A DNA stretch of 64,000 nucleotides from the NCBI GenBank assembly GCA_965284645.1, contig OZ260106.1, forward strand, positions 144,265 through 208,264, read 5' to 3'. Below, one piece after another: positions 10,991 to 20,348 of this stretch (position 1 is its first letter; every line of letters starts with the position of its first letter). Position numbers and translations under genes: made by a program. This DNA is from an uncultured Bacteroidia bacterium (lineage in GTDB: Bacteria; Bacteroidota; Bacteroidia; JAIBAJ01). The notes under the pieces are model-generated. The model saw only the letters and a list, made by a program, of their open reading frames with translations, was not told the DNA's origin and searched no databases.

Positions 10991-11050
10991 AAAAATCCAA
11001 GCCAGACCTAGATCTATTGGGGTGGGTCGCGTCGGCTTGGATTTTTTTTT
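10991..11050 (+). terminator. Putative rho-independent terminator after murD
   Basis: aaaaatccaagcc...ggcttggat stem followed by a T9 run. The loop is long, so the structure is imperfect. Confidence 0.5.
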
Positions 11051-11059
11051 GGCCTTCAT

Positions 11060-11230
11060 TTTAGTTTTAGGGATTTTATTTTGATTTGGCGGGCCCCTTT
11101 TCGCCCAAAACCATTTACACCTTGATTTTACCATTCTGCTAGGCGAAAAGGTCACGCTATCGCCCATACTCCTCGGAAGGCTCCGTGCCTCCGCCTTCCT
11201 CCGGGGTATTTGGCTCTATCGTTGCCCGGA
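11060..11230 (+). repeat. Family-1 intergenic repeat, copy 1 (diverged)
   Basis: Box A is tttggcgggccccttttcgcccaaaacc (11086-11112). Core B is ggtcacgctatcgcc..ctcctcgg..ctccgtgcctccgc..ctctatcgttgcccgg (11150-11229). Confidence 0.7.
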
Positions 11231-11452
11231 GTGACGCTCATTAAATAAGCCTTGGTATAAGAATTAACCATTCTTCAAAAGACAATGCACGGTCAGTATC
11301 CCAGAAATGATTAATTTTTAGATACTCTTTCAAACGTGTCATTCTGTAAACCTAACCGGTGCTTGTACCGAAACAACTTGGGCATTTTTAGGCAAAGCAA
11401 AGCCAAGCAACCCTTTTGGAAGGGAGCTAATTGACCCAAAAAATAATTTAGC

Positions 11453-12076
11453 CTAATGCAGATCGGACGAAATCAGTCGGATAAATTCGCTTCTGGTTTT
11501 ATCCTCCATAAACTCACCTGTAAAAGCCGAGGTAGTGGTAACCGAATTTTGCTTTTGCACCCCGCGCATTTGCATACACAAGTGAGCACATTCGATTACT
11601 ACTGCCACTCCTTTGGGATGAAGTGTTTCTTGGATACAATCCCTGATTTCGTTGGTCAACCTTTCTTGCACTTGTAAGCGACGCGCAAAAGCATCCACTA
11701 CACGAGGAAGTTTACTGAGCCCAACGATTTGTCCATTTGGGATGTAGGCAATATGCGCTTTACCAAAGAAAGGTAGCATGTGGTGTTCGCAAAGCGAGTA
11801 CAATTCAATGTCTTTCACCAGCACCATTTGGCTGTAATCTTCCTTGAAAAGAGCCGATTTGATGATATCCCGCGGATCGATATCATAGCCGGAAGTTAGA
11901 AATTGCATGGCTTTTGCCGCACGTTCGGGCGTTTTCACCAAGCCTTCCCGGTCTGGATTTTCGCCAAGGTCTTTCAGAATAGATTGGTAATTGTCGGACA
12001 GGATTCTTGTTGTTTTCTCGTCATACCGGTCAATCTTTTCGTAGCCTTTGTTTTGTTTGTTTTGTCTGTATGTCAT
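11453..12076 (-). CDS. folE: GTP cyclohydrolase I FolE
   Basis: CEHHMLPF and [14 protein letters not shown] motifs, 207 aa. Confidence 0.95.
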   Translation of the reverse strand: MTYRQNKQNKGYEKIDRYDEKTTRILSDNYQSILKDLGENPDREGLVKTPERAAKAMQFLTSGYDIDPRDIIKSALFKEDYSQMVLVKDIELYSLCEHHMLPFFGKAHIAYIPNGQIVGLSKLPRVVDAFARRLQVQERLTNEIRDCIQETLHPKGVAVVIECAHLCMQMRGVQKQNSVTTTSAFTGEFMEDKTRSEFIRLISSDLH

Positions 12077-12099
12077 AAAAATGGTAGCATGGTAAGGAG

Positions 12100-12519
12100 C
12101 TATTCGCCGCGGTATTCCACCGAGTTGTTTTCGGTTTCGAAAATACGGACAGCAAATAGTTTGGCATGGTGGGCCTGAATCAAAGGATCCAGAATTTTCC
12201 AGATTTCGATAGCCAAATTTTCGGTACTGGGTAAAATGCCCTTCATAAAAGGAACATCCACATTTAGGTTTTTGTGGTCTAGTTTCACAATGACCTCTTG
12301 CTGTATAAGAACAGCCAAATCTTTTAAATTGATAATAAAGCCTGTATCAGGATTGGGAGTACCTTTCACAGTAACCAAAAGTGTAAAATTATGTCCGTGC
12401 CAATTCGCATTGGCGCAGCGACCGAATACACGTTCGTTTTCATCTTCGCTCCAATCGGCACGGTGAAGGCGATGGGCAGCGTTAAAATGTTCCTTTCGGG
12501 TTAGATAAACTTCTGGCAT
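12100..12519 (-). CDS. queD: 6-carboxytetrahydropterin / 6-pyruvoyl-tetrahydropterin synthase family protein
   Basis: FNAAHRL and [11 protein letters not shown] zinc/catalytic motifs. The ATG at 12519 is preferred because the track start at 12528 is a TTG inside the promoter box. Confidence 0.85.
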   Translation of the reverse strand: MPEVYLTRKEHFNAAHRLHRADWSEDENERVFGRCANANWHGHNFTLLVTVKGTPNPDTGFIINLKDLAVLIQQEVIVKLDHKNLNVDVPFMKGILPSTENLAIEIWKILDPLIQAHHAKLFAVRIFETENNSVEYRGE

Positions 12520-12525
12520 AGCGGG

Positions 12526-12533
12526 CAAAGGTA
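12526..12533 (-). promoter_or_regulatory. Bacteroidota -7 promoter box TACCTTTG for queD-folE
   Basis: Exact TAnnTTTG match 6 nt upstream of the queD ATG. Confidence 0.4.
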
Positions 12534-12708
12534 GAATATTTGAGGTTCGCTCGAAGTTAAGAGATGTTATATGGTTTATCGCTTTTGCCTTCCGAATGCG
12601 TAATCTGGGTTGAAAATAAAAGGCTTGGGTTTGCTTCTTGCATTAAACATAGGAGAAAGGGGGAAGAATAGCGAAAGCCAAATTCTAGCACAAAGCTGGA
12701 ACGGAGGT

Positions 12709-12880
12709 CCGGGCAAGGATAGAGGCAGTCTAGCCCACAGGGATGCGTAGGCACGGAGCAGACCGAGGACTAGCGCCGAAAGCCTGGCCCCAGCCACCCC
12801 ATGCCAAAAGGTTTTATATCGATGCAACTGTATTGGGTGGCTGGGGGCCCGCCAAATCCCTTTCTTAAAAAACTAAGATT
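12709..12880 (-). repeat. Family-1 intergenic repeat, copy 2 (reverse orientation, subfamily beta)
   Basis: ccgggcaaggatagaggcagtctagcccacagggatgcgtaggcacggagcagaccgaggactagcgccgaaagcctggcccc, plus box A reverse complement gtattgggtggctgggggcccgccaaa (12830-12856). Confidence 0.8.
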
Positions 12881-12914
12881 AACAACATCCAGGTGAGACA
12901 GCAGGAACCTTGGT

Positions 12915-13766
12915 TTAGTTCCAATTTTCGGGCAAACCCAACTGCTTGCAGCTAAAGGCCCAGCATTGCTCCTTCAATCCAGGGGTTTGAGAAAATTTGC
13001 TTTGCCATTTGTGTTTGCATTTATCCCAATACTTTCCGTTTTCGCCTTCCACCTCGGGCGAACTGGCGAGGAAAATAGAAGTTGCGGCCCCTTGTTCGAT
13101 AGAAATGGCCACAAAATTTTTAATTAAGCCCCAAAAAAGTCGGGCATACCACGCCCCATTTTTGATTGCAATATCGGTTTTAACAACACCCGGGTGCAAG
13201 GCATTTACGGTGATATTGGTGCCCTTTAACCGCTCAGCTAATTCCATGGTAAACAACACATTACCCAATTTACTTTGCTCGTAGGCTTTGTACCCATTCC
13301 ATTTTTTAGATAAGGAAATATCGTCAAAATTCATTTTTCCATTGTAGTGGGAGTGAGAGGCTACATTCACGATTCGAGCTTTGGGTGCGGCTTTCAGCAA
13401 ATCCATCAATTCGTGCACCAACAACATATAGGTCAAGTGATTGGTTGCCCAGGTCATCTCGATTTTATCTTCCGAAAATTGCTGTTCGGTATAATATGCA
13501 CCAGCATTATTTACCAGCACATCCAGTTGGGAGCATTTACTTTTCACCTCTTGGGCTAGGTTTCTTACTTGGGTATGTGAACTCAAATTCGCAACAAAGC
13601 CAAGGTGATTGCCTTGCGGGAAGAGTGTTTTCAAGGAATCGATGGTTGAATTGACCTTGGTTTTATCGCGGCCCACCACGAAAATCGAATTTCCTTGTTT
13701 GGCCAAGGCCTTTGCCGTTTCGAACCCGATACCGGAAGTGGAACCTGTTATAAGAATGGTTTTCAT
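12915..13766 (-). CDS. SDR-family oxidoreductase
   Basis: TGSTSGIG cofactor motif and YEQSK (YxxxK) catalytic motif, 283 aa. Confidence 0.9.
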   Translation of the reverse strand: MKTILITGSTSGIGFETAKALAKQGNSIFVVGRDKTKVNSTIDSLKTLFPQGNHLGFVANLSSHTQVRNLAQEVKSKCSQLDVLVNNAGAYYTEQQFSEDKIEMTWATNHLTYMLLVHELMDLLKAAPKARIVNVASHSHYNGKMNFDDISLSKKWNGYKAYEQSKLGNVLFTMELAERLKGTNITVNALHPGVVKTDIAIKNGAWYARLFWGLIKNFVAISIEQGAATSIFLASSPEVEGENGKYWDKCKHKWQSKFSQTPGLKEQCWAFSCKQLGLPENWN

Positions 13767-13768
13767 GC

Positions 13769-14914
13769 TTAATTGAATAATTTAAAAGACAATTTTGGGT
13801 TGGCCTTGGAAGGCGGTAAGGAAGGCGATTGGGAATTTTTCAAATCCTTCAAAAACAGTTCCTTTTTGGTATCGGCAATGGTATTTAATTGGGCCGCATG
13901 TTGCAGTAAGGCCGGTTTAAGTTCATTTCTGGTGGCCAGAACGGTCCGCATTTTTTCGCCGATTAAATTGGGATTGTCGTTGTAGGACACCACCAAGGCC
14001 GCTTTCAAATCAGGTGCATCGTCGAGGATTGCATTGTTGTCGCTGCACAAACAAGGAATTCCGAGGGCCAAACATTCGGTAATCACTTGTCCCCAGCTTT
14101 CGCTAAACGACAAATACAGCGCCAAATCACATTGGGAAAGGGTTTCCAGAAATTCCTTATGGCTGCTGTGCTCGTGGTTTACGATACGGTGGTTCATTTC
14201 CCACATATCAAAATCATGGCCATGGCCCCACACATGCACTTCCGAATTTTCAAGCAACAAGGCAGCGGCCACTTGGTTATTGAGGTTTTTATTGAAATTA
14301 CTTACACCGGGAATGGCCACTTTAATGCGATCGGAACTCATTTTATTCCCTTGGGGCAAATCAGGTAAAACGCTTTTTAGGTTGAGGTTGTAACAGGTAG
14401 CTTTGGTAAGTTTCGACAAAGTTTCGGCCAATCCTTTTTTCACAAAGCCTAGTTTATCGATGGTTCCTTCGTTGGCCAAATGCACCAAACGGGAAAAAGC
14501 TTTTACGCGATGGGCATCTTCATGCAGTTCAGTTAGGGCACCATGAAAAATAGCGCCGGTAGTGCGACCCGAGATGTGTTTGTATTCGTGGAGAATATCC
14601 AAAAAATAAGTATGGGTTCCACTAGCGATTACTTGGTCAAAATTCAGCTCGGCCAGTACCATTATCAAGTCTAAGTTTTGCTGGTCGGTTAAAACGGAAT
14701 TGGAATAATAATGCGGTATTTCTAATACGGCTTCTCCAAATAATCCCTTGGTAGCATTGGTTACACCACGCCAATTCATACCAGTTGGCTTAGGAGAAAG
14801 CACCAAAACATTGGACAATTTCCTTATCTGGCTTACCTCCAACTTGAGCTGGGCCAACCAATCCTTCTGCTCTCGGCTTCGTTCAAGTCGTTTTTTTATT
14901 CTCTTAAGGGGCAT
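13769..14914 (-). CDS. Putative glycosyltransferase (GT-B/GT4-like C-terminal half)
   Basis: 381 aa. SESWGQVITECLALGIPCL resembles the E(x7)E region of GT4 enzymes. Overlaps the upstream GT2 gene by 11 nt. Confidence 0.55.
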   Translation of the reverse strand: MPLKRIKKRLERSREQKDWLAQLKLEVSQIRKLSNVLVLSPKPTGMNWRGVTNATKGLFGEAVLEIPHYYSNSVLTDQQNLDLIMVLAELNFDQVIASGTHTYFLDILHEYKHISGRTTGAIFHGALTELHEDAHRVKAFSRLVHLANEGTIDKLGFVKKGLAETLSKLTKATCYNLNLKSVLPDLPQGNKMSSDRIKVAIPGVSNFNKNLNNQVAAALLLENSEVHVWGHGHDFDMWEMNHRIVNHEHSSHKEFLETLSQCDLALYLSFSESWGQVITECLALGIPCLCSDNNAILDDAPDLKAALVVSYNDNPNLIGEKMRTVLATRNELKPALLQHAAQLNTIADTKKELFLKDLKNSQSPSLPPSKANPKLSFKLFN

Positions 14915-15926
14915 ATTTCAGGTAATTCTTTGCCGTAGACGGTGAACGGCTGTATTCAAATCCTATCTTCCAAAAATACGATTTTACCAATGACTTCATA
15001 AAATCTCTTTCCTCTTTTGCCTTTAACTCCTGCTCTGTGGCGGCCCGCCTCGATTTTGCTAAGCTAAAAAGCAATTCATCCAAGGCAAAATTGAACCAAA
15101 GCAACAAGATATAAATCAAAAAATAAGCATTTCCTTTCACCTTCTTCATACATAACCAACTTGAAATACTTACTTGAGCCACCCTGTTTTTGGAAGGGTT
15201 GGGACTTCCGCCATCGTAGTGCAAAACAGTGGTATCGGTATAAAAATAATGGCGCAACCCGTTTCTGCGCAGGCGTTCGCACCATTCAATATCTTCTCCG
15301 TACATAAAAAAATCTTCATCCAGCAACAAATCCATCTCTTTAAACAACTGGGCATTGAACAGCAAAAATGCACCGCCAATCCACTCCGATTCATGGCTTT
15401 TCCCATGCTGTTTAAGTCGAATGGCTTCGATATCGGGCGGTTTGATTCCCATTTTGGTTCGGAAAGCAATCACCAAAGCATTGGCATCCCAAAGTTTTTT
15501 GATAAAAGGGGTGCTGCTATTGGAATTGAATAGAACCTTTCCGGTATCGTCGACCATGGCGCAAGAGCTCACCCCAACCTGTCCTTTTCGCTCCAAAGCT
15601 TTATGGCATTGCAAAGAAACAGGAAGAGTGCCTTCAAAAAACTCCGTATCGGAATTCAAAATCAAGGCGTATTCGCCTGCTGCAGCGCGAATACCGATAT
15701 TATTGGCCCTTCCGAACCCGGCGTTGTAACCGGTTTGAATCCATTTCACCTCGGGGAATTCGGATTTCACCATTTGCTCGCTTTGATCTTTGGAATCATT
15801 GTCTACCACAATCACCTCCACAGCCACCGGAGCCGAATACCTAAAAATAGATTTCAAGCAATTCCTGAGCAGGTCGCAGGTATTATAATTTACAATAATA
15901 ATCGAAACGTCGGGCTGGTCCACCAA
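14904..15926 (-). CDS. Family 2 glycosyltransferase
   Basis: VSIIIVNYNT...VVDNDSKD...NAGFGRANN...LNSD motifs typical of GT2 (rhamnosyltransferase-like). Confidence 0.9.
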   Translation of the reverse strand: MVDQPDVSIIIVNYNTCDLLRNCLKSIFRYSAPVAVEVIVVDNDSKDQSEQMVKSEFPEVKWIQTGYNAGFGRANNIGIRAAAGEYALILNSDTEFFEGTLPVSLQCHKALERKGQVGVSSCAMVDDTGKVLFNSNSSTPFIKKLWDANALVIAFRTKMGIKPPDIEAIRLKQHGKSHESEWIGGAFLLFNAQLFKEMDLLLDEDFFMYGEDIEWCERLRRNGLRHYFYTDTTVLHYDGGSPNPSKNRVAQVSISSWLCMKKVKGNAYFLIYILLLWFNFALDELLFSLAKSRRAATEQELKAKEERDFMKSLVKSYFWKIGFEYSRSPSTAKNYLKYAP

Positions 15927-15927
15927 A

Positions 15928-16386
15928 TCAAGGATTTAAACGGGCAAAGGCAATAAAATCAATTATAGGCAAAGTATCGACCAAGGGTTTCATATCCGAC
16001 AGAATTTGTGCCCGGTGATGGCTTCCATGATTGGCTACATGGGTTAACACATCGGCCATTGTATTCGAAAACGCATCGCCTTTGATACTTTTATAGTGTA
16101 ATGGATTTAAAAAACTTTCTTCTGCATACGAACTTATAAATTCTTGCATGGCTTCTTGGTTAGCCAAGGCCAATTCCCTAAGCTCATCGAAGGAAAGAAT
16201 GTCGAAAACACCTCCGGAAAAGTGCTTTTCTGTAAACCGAGCCAGCCAAATAGCTTGTGCGGCCACCACATGGGAAATCAATTTCCGGGACTTCTCGGTT
16301 ACTTCAGGCGATTTGGTCAAAAAATCAAGAATAATGGTGTTGGCCCAATAATCGTATTGGTAGAGTCGGCTAAAGTAAGAGCGCAT
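15928..16386 (-). CDS. DinB-family protein
   Basis: YDYWAN...HVVAAQ...HVANHGSHHRAQI metal-binding His pattern of the DinB four-helix bundle. Confidence 0.85.
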   Translation of the reverse strand: MRSYFSRLYQYDYWANTIILDFLTKSPEVTEKSRKLISHVVAAQAIWLARFTEKHFSGGVFDILSFDELRELALANQEAMQEFISSYAEESFLNPLHYKSIKGDAFSNTMADVLTHVANHGSHHRAQILSDMKPLVDTLPIIDFIAFARLNP

Positions 16387-16573
16387 AAGTTTTTGTTTTG
16401 GAGTTGATGTTGTTTTTATTCAGCGACAAACGTAACAATATCCTCTTTCATTCGGCACCCAAAAGTAGAATTGTTGGGCCTAAAAAAAGCCTACGCATGC
16501 CACCCATTTTGCAAGTTAAAGGCTACGCTATATTTTTTTAACAAAGGAAACAAAAAACACAAACTTACCAAGC

Positions 16574-16581
16574 TATCTTTG
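16574..16581 (+). promoter_or_regulatory. -7 promoter box TATCTTTG for yidC
   Basis: Exact TAnnTTTG match 21 nt upstream of the yidC ATG. Confidence 0.4.
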
Positions 16582-16602
16582 CCGCCCGATTTTCGATAAC
16601 GC

Positions 16603-18465
16603 ATGGACAGAAATTCAATCATAGGTCTGGTTTTAATCATGGCCATTTTTATTGGCTTTAGCATTTACAATCAGCCTACTAAAGAAGAAATTGAGGCAGC
16701 AAAACGCAAACAGGATTCCATAGCCCAAGTGGAAAAACAAAAGGAAACCCTGGCCAAAAAAGCAACGCAAGCAGCCAAACCTCTCGAACAACTACCCAAA
16801 GACTCGGTTTTACCCGATTCGGTTTTGGTAAAACAATACGGTGCCTTCGGTTCCAACCTGATTGGTAAAGAAGAAATCTACACCTTGGAAAACGAGGTAA
16901 TGAAAATCAGCGTTTCATCCAAAGGCGGACGCGTAAAATCAGTAGAACTGAAAAAGCACAAGGATTACAACGACAAACCTTTGCAGTTGTTTAGTGGCGA
17001 CGATAACAAATTCGGACTGAGCTTTTTTGAAAACAACCGCGTAGTGCATACCGGCGATTTGTATTTCAAACCTTCGGGCAATACCATCAAAGTAAGCGGA
17101 AAGGATTCGTCCAATTTTGCCATTCGCCTCGAGGTAAGCCCCGAGAAATACCTTGAATATGTGTATACCTTGAAAGGTGACGAGTATTTGGTAGGTTTTA
17201 AGGTAAACTTTGTAGGACTTCAAGATGTAATTGAAGAACGCAGCAATACCTTGGATTTGGAATGGTTGGTGAATCAACCCCAATTGGAGAAAAGTCTAAA
17301 AAATGAACGTGCCGCCAGTACCGCTTATTGGCAGTTTGAAGACGAAGAAACCGACTATATCAGCGAAGGGAAATCCGAGAAAAAAACCATACCTAACAAA
17401 TTAAACTGGATTGCCTTTAAACAACAGTTTTTCAGCTCCGTTTTCTTAGCCCCAAAATCCATTGCTGGCCCTATCAATTTGGAGACCAAAATGGACGAGA
17501 ATTCGGCTTATGTTAAAACCATTTCGGCCACTTTCCCTGTTCCGTTTGGCCACAAACCTACCGAAACCTATGCCGGAGCCTTTTATTTTGGACCAAACCA
17601 CTACGAGACCCTTTCCAATTACAACGTGCAAAAACTGGTTCCGCTTGGCTGGGGCATTTTAGGATGGATCAACCGGGTGGTGATTTGGATTTTCTATGGC
17701 TTGGAAAAACTTGACCTTTCTTATGGCATTATCATCCTGTTATTAACCATCATCGTTAAAGTGGTGCTTTTCCCACTCAACTACAAATCTTACCTCAGCG
17801 GTGCCCGGATGCGTGTGTTGAAGCCAGAGATTGACGAATTGAACAAAAAATACGAAGGCAAAGACCCGATGGAAAAACAACAGGCTCAGATGGCCTTGTA
17901 TCGCAAAGCCGGCGTCAATCCCTTGGGAGGTTGTTTGCCTATGTTGTTGCAACTGCCTATTACCTTGGCTGTATTCCGCTTTTTCCCGGCAGCCATTGAA
18001 TTGCGCCACCAACCCTTTTTGTGGGCTACCGACCTTTCCAGCTACGACAGTATTTGGGATTTTGGTTATGTGCCAATCATTAACAGCATTTATGGCGAGC
18101 ACGTAAGCTTGTTTGCTATTCTAATGGCTATTACAACTGTTCTGTACTCCATGGTCAACATGCAAATGCAACCTTCGGGCGACGACATGATGGCCAAACA
18201 AATGAAAATTATGATGTATGTAATGCCGGTAATTTTCTTGGGAGTAATGAACAGTCAATCCAGCGGACTTTGCTATTACTACACTTTAGGGAACTTGCTA
18301 ACTTTCGGACAGCAATATGCCTTTAGGTTCCTTGTCGACGAAAAAGCCATTCGGGCAAAAATCGAAGACAACAAGAAAAAACCCGTTACGAAATCCAATT
18401 TTCAAAAACGCTTGGAAGATATGGCCAAACAACGCGGTTACAACCTTCCCAAAAACAATAAATAA
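16603..18465 (+). CDS. yidC: Membrane protein insertase YidC (long Bacteroidota form)
   Basis: N-terminal TM, large periplasmic domain, and a C-terminal 5-TM core with [12 protein letters not shown]. Confidence 0.95.
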   Translation: MDRNSIIGLVLIMAIFIGFSIYNQPTKEEIEAAKRKQDSIAQVEKQKETLAKKATQAAKPLEQLPKDSVLPDSVLVKQYGAFGSNLIGKEEIYTLENEVMKISVSSKGGRVKSVELKKHKDYNDKPLQLFSGDDNKFGLSFFENNRVVHTGDLYFKPSGNTIKVSGKDSSNFAIRLEVSPEKYLEYVYTLKGDEYLVGFKVNFVGLQDVIEERSNTLDLEWLVNQPQLEKSLKNERAASTAYWQFEDEETDYISEGKSEKKTIPNKLNWIAFKQQFFSSVFLAPKSIAGPINLETKMDENSAYVKTISATFPVPFGHKPTETYAGAFYFGPNHYETLSNYNVQKLVPLGWGILGWINRVVIWIFYGLEKLDLSYGIIILLLTIIVKVVLFPLNYKSYLSGARMRVLKPEIDELNKKYEGKDPMEKQQAQMALYRKAGVNPLGGCLPMLLQLPITLAVFRFFPAAIELRHQPFLWATDLSSYDSIWDFGYVPIINSIYGEHVSLFAILMAITTVLYSMVNMQMQPSGDDMMAKQMKIMMYVMPVIFLGVMNSQSSGLCYYYTLGNLLTFGQQYAFRFLVDEKAIRAKIEDNKKKPVTKSNFQKRLEDMAKQRGYNLPKNNK

Positions 18466-18491
18466 TCATTTACAAAACAAATACTAAGCAC

Positions 18492-19283
18492 ATGCAAAAC
18501 CACGAAATCGACTATAAAATCATCGGTGAGGAAATGCAAGTTGTAGAAATCGAACTTGATCCTCAAGAAACGGCCATTGCGGAGGCGGGCAATTTTATGA
18601 TGATGGAAGATGGGGTCAATATGGAAACCATTTTCGGTGACGGCTCCCAACAAAATAGCGGTGGCCTTATGAACAAATTGTTCTCAGCCGGAAAACGTCT
18701 TTTGGTAGGCGAAAGTCTTTTCATGACAGCCTTTACCAATGCCGGACAGGGCAAAAAACGGGTTCACTTTGCTGCACCTTATCCGGGCAAAATCGTACCG
18801 ATGGACCTTTCCCAATTGGGTGGAAAAATCATTTGTCAGAAAGATGCCTTTTTATGCGCTGCCAAAGGAGTGAGCATTGGCATCGAGTTCCAAAAACGCT
18901 TGGGCACCGGACTTTTTGGTGGCGAAGGTTTTATCATGGAAAAGTTGGAAGGTGATGGTATGGCCTTCGTTCATGCGGGCGGACATATCATTGAAAAAGA
19001 GCTTCAACCGGGCGAATTGATCAAAATAGACACCGGTTGTATCGTAGCCTTTACCAAAAATGTAGATTACGATATTCAGTTTGTAAAAGGCATAAAAAAC
19101 ATGGTTTTTGGCGGTGAAGGCTTGTTTTTTGCAACCCTTCGCGGCCCCGGAAAAGTGTGGATCCAATCCTTGCCTGTAAGCCGTTTGGCCGGACGAATTT
19201 TGGAATATGGCACCCACCGTGGCAAAGAAGAAGGCAGTATCCTAGGTGGTTTGGGCAATTTGCTCGACGGCGACGGAATTTAG
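18492..19283 (+). CDS. TIGR00266/AIM24-family protein
   Basis: 263 aa. [21 protein letters not shown]...[21 protein letters not shown] pattern typical of the AIM24 (DUF124) family. Confidence 0.8.
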   Translation: MQNHEIDYKIIGEEMQVVEIELDPQETAIAEAGNFMMMEDGVNMETIFGDGSQQNSGGLMNKLFSAGKRLLVGESLFMTAFTNAGQGKKRVHFAAPYPGKIVPMDLSQLGGKIICQKDAFLCAAKGVSIGIEFQKRLGTGLFGGEGFIMEKLEGDGMAFVHAGGHIIEKELQPGELIKIDTGCIVAFTKNVDYDIQFVKGIKNMVFGGEGLFFATLRGPGKVWIQSLPVSRLAGRILEYGTHRGKEEGSILGGLGNLLDGDGI

Positions 19284-19300
19284 TCACAGCATACAATCTC

Positions 19301-19342
19301 AAAATAGCCCTGGATCGTTTTGGTCTGGGGCTATTTTTTTTG
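19301..19342 (+). terminator. Putative rho-independent terminator
   Basis: aaaatagccc...gggctat stem followed by a T8 run. Confidence 0.5.
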
Positions 19343-19356
19343 ACAATAATTATAGA

Positions 19357-19539
19357 ACAGATTCTAATTTTTAATTTATCATTTTTAATTTCTTCATGCG
19401 TGCCCCCGTCCGCCAAAACCGGCATCACCTTGAAATGAACCAGTTACCAAGGGCGTCCGGGTCAGGCTATCCACTGCAAGTCCTCGGTCTGCTCCGTGCC
19501 TACGCATCCCTGTGGGCTTTTCGTTGCTATCCTTGCCCG
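19357..19539 (+). repeat. Family-1 intergenic repeat, copy 3 (forward, subfamily alpha)
   Basis: AT-rich leader ttctaatttttaatttatcatttttaatttcttc. Box A is catgcgtgcccccgtccgccaaaacc. Core B is ccgggtcaggctatccactgcaagtcctcggtctgctccgtgcctacgcatccctgtgggcttttcgttgctatccttgcccg. Confidence 0.85.
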
Positions 19540-19708
19540 ATGCCCGCCGTATATAGCTTGGGTAGAAGTATGAGGCCGCAAACCTCGCCTTAACTTTTTC
19601 GCCAAACGTTTGAAAAAAGGGGTGTTATACCGATTATAAATCTGTAATAGTCCAATTATGCTTCGCCATAATTTGCCAAAACAGCTTTTATATCGGCATT
19701 TACCAATT
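19536..19708 (+). repeat. Family-2 mosaic repeat, copy a (modules X+Y)
   Basis: cccgatgcccgccgtatatagcttgggtagaagtatgaggccgcaaacctcgccttaactttttcgcc...ggggtgttatacc (module X) recurs at 28564. gattataaatctgtaatagtccaattatgcttcgcc...cagcttttatatcgg (module Y) recurs at 63219. Confidence 0.85.
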
Positions 19709-20293
19709 AGCAAATTGCACAAAAATCCAGGAATGAATCACAAAAAGTAGCGGTCGGAGACCAATTTCTTAACTGCCCCAGTTGCAAGGGAGGGCTAGAA
19801 CGGGGAAGACAGGGAAGACTTAGACATTGAGGAAGATGGTTCCAATGATGATGAAATACTGGAACAATTAACCCTCAAATAAAAATTTTAAAGAACGAGT
19901 ATGAAAATAAACTTCGTAACAGAAAGAGAAGAGAATTTTTATGATTTCACGACCATAAACGGCATACTGGGAGTGAATAAATCTTAACTTTACCTAGAGT
20001 TACACAATCTACCTGAGATGGACATTGTGAAGTATAAAAGCCAATGCATCTGCAAATAGAAAACCCTCTTTTTATTGATGGACCGAATACTCTTTGAGAG
20101 ATTGGATAAAATTAAAATGAAGAAGTATGAACTTTCAGAAATTAAGAACGATAACCGATAGGGTTTCTAAATAATCGACAAAACTTATGAATGAGAAAAA
20201 CCAAAAGAAGAAAGAGATTTTAAGGGGCAAAATACAGATTGATGAAGTATGGGTTAAACAAGAAAGATTGAAGAAATAAGTAGTTCTAAAAGT

Positions 20294-20330
20294 AAAAATC
20301 CCCACAATTATAGGTTGTGGGGATTTTTGT
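20294..20330 (-). terminator. Bidirectional rho-independent terminator downstream of the giant adhesin gene
   Basis: aaaaatccccacaa-ttatagg-ttgtggggattttt: a 9-bp GC-containing stem flanked by an A-run and a T-run, about 20 nt after the stop at 20349. Confidence 0.65.
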
Positions 20331-20348
20331 TAGAAGATATTTTAGAGA

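Noticed and set aside
12557-12827. ORFs of 65-93 aa inside the repeat copies: 12557..12754, 12576..12827, 19396..19593, 19462..19722, 40805..41008, 40877..41104, 47916..48170 and 47992..48174.
   Set aside because: Each is generated by a family-1 or family-2 repeat. They occur in both orientations and in different frames in different copies, so the conservation is at the DNA level rather than the protein level.
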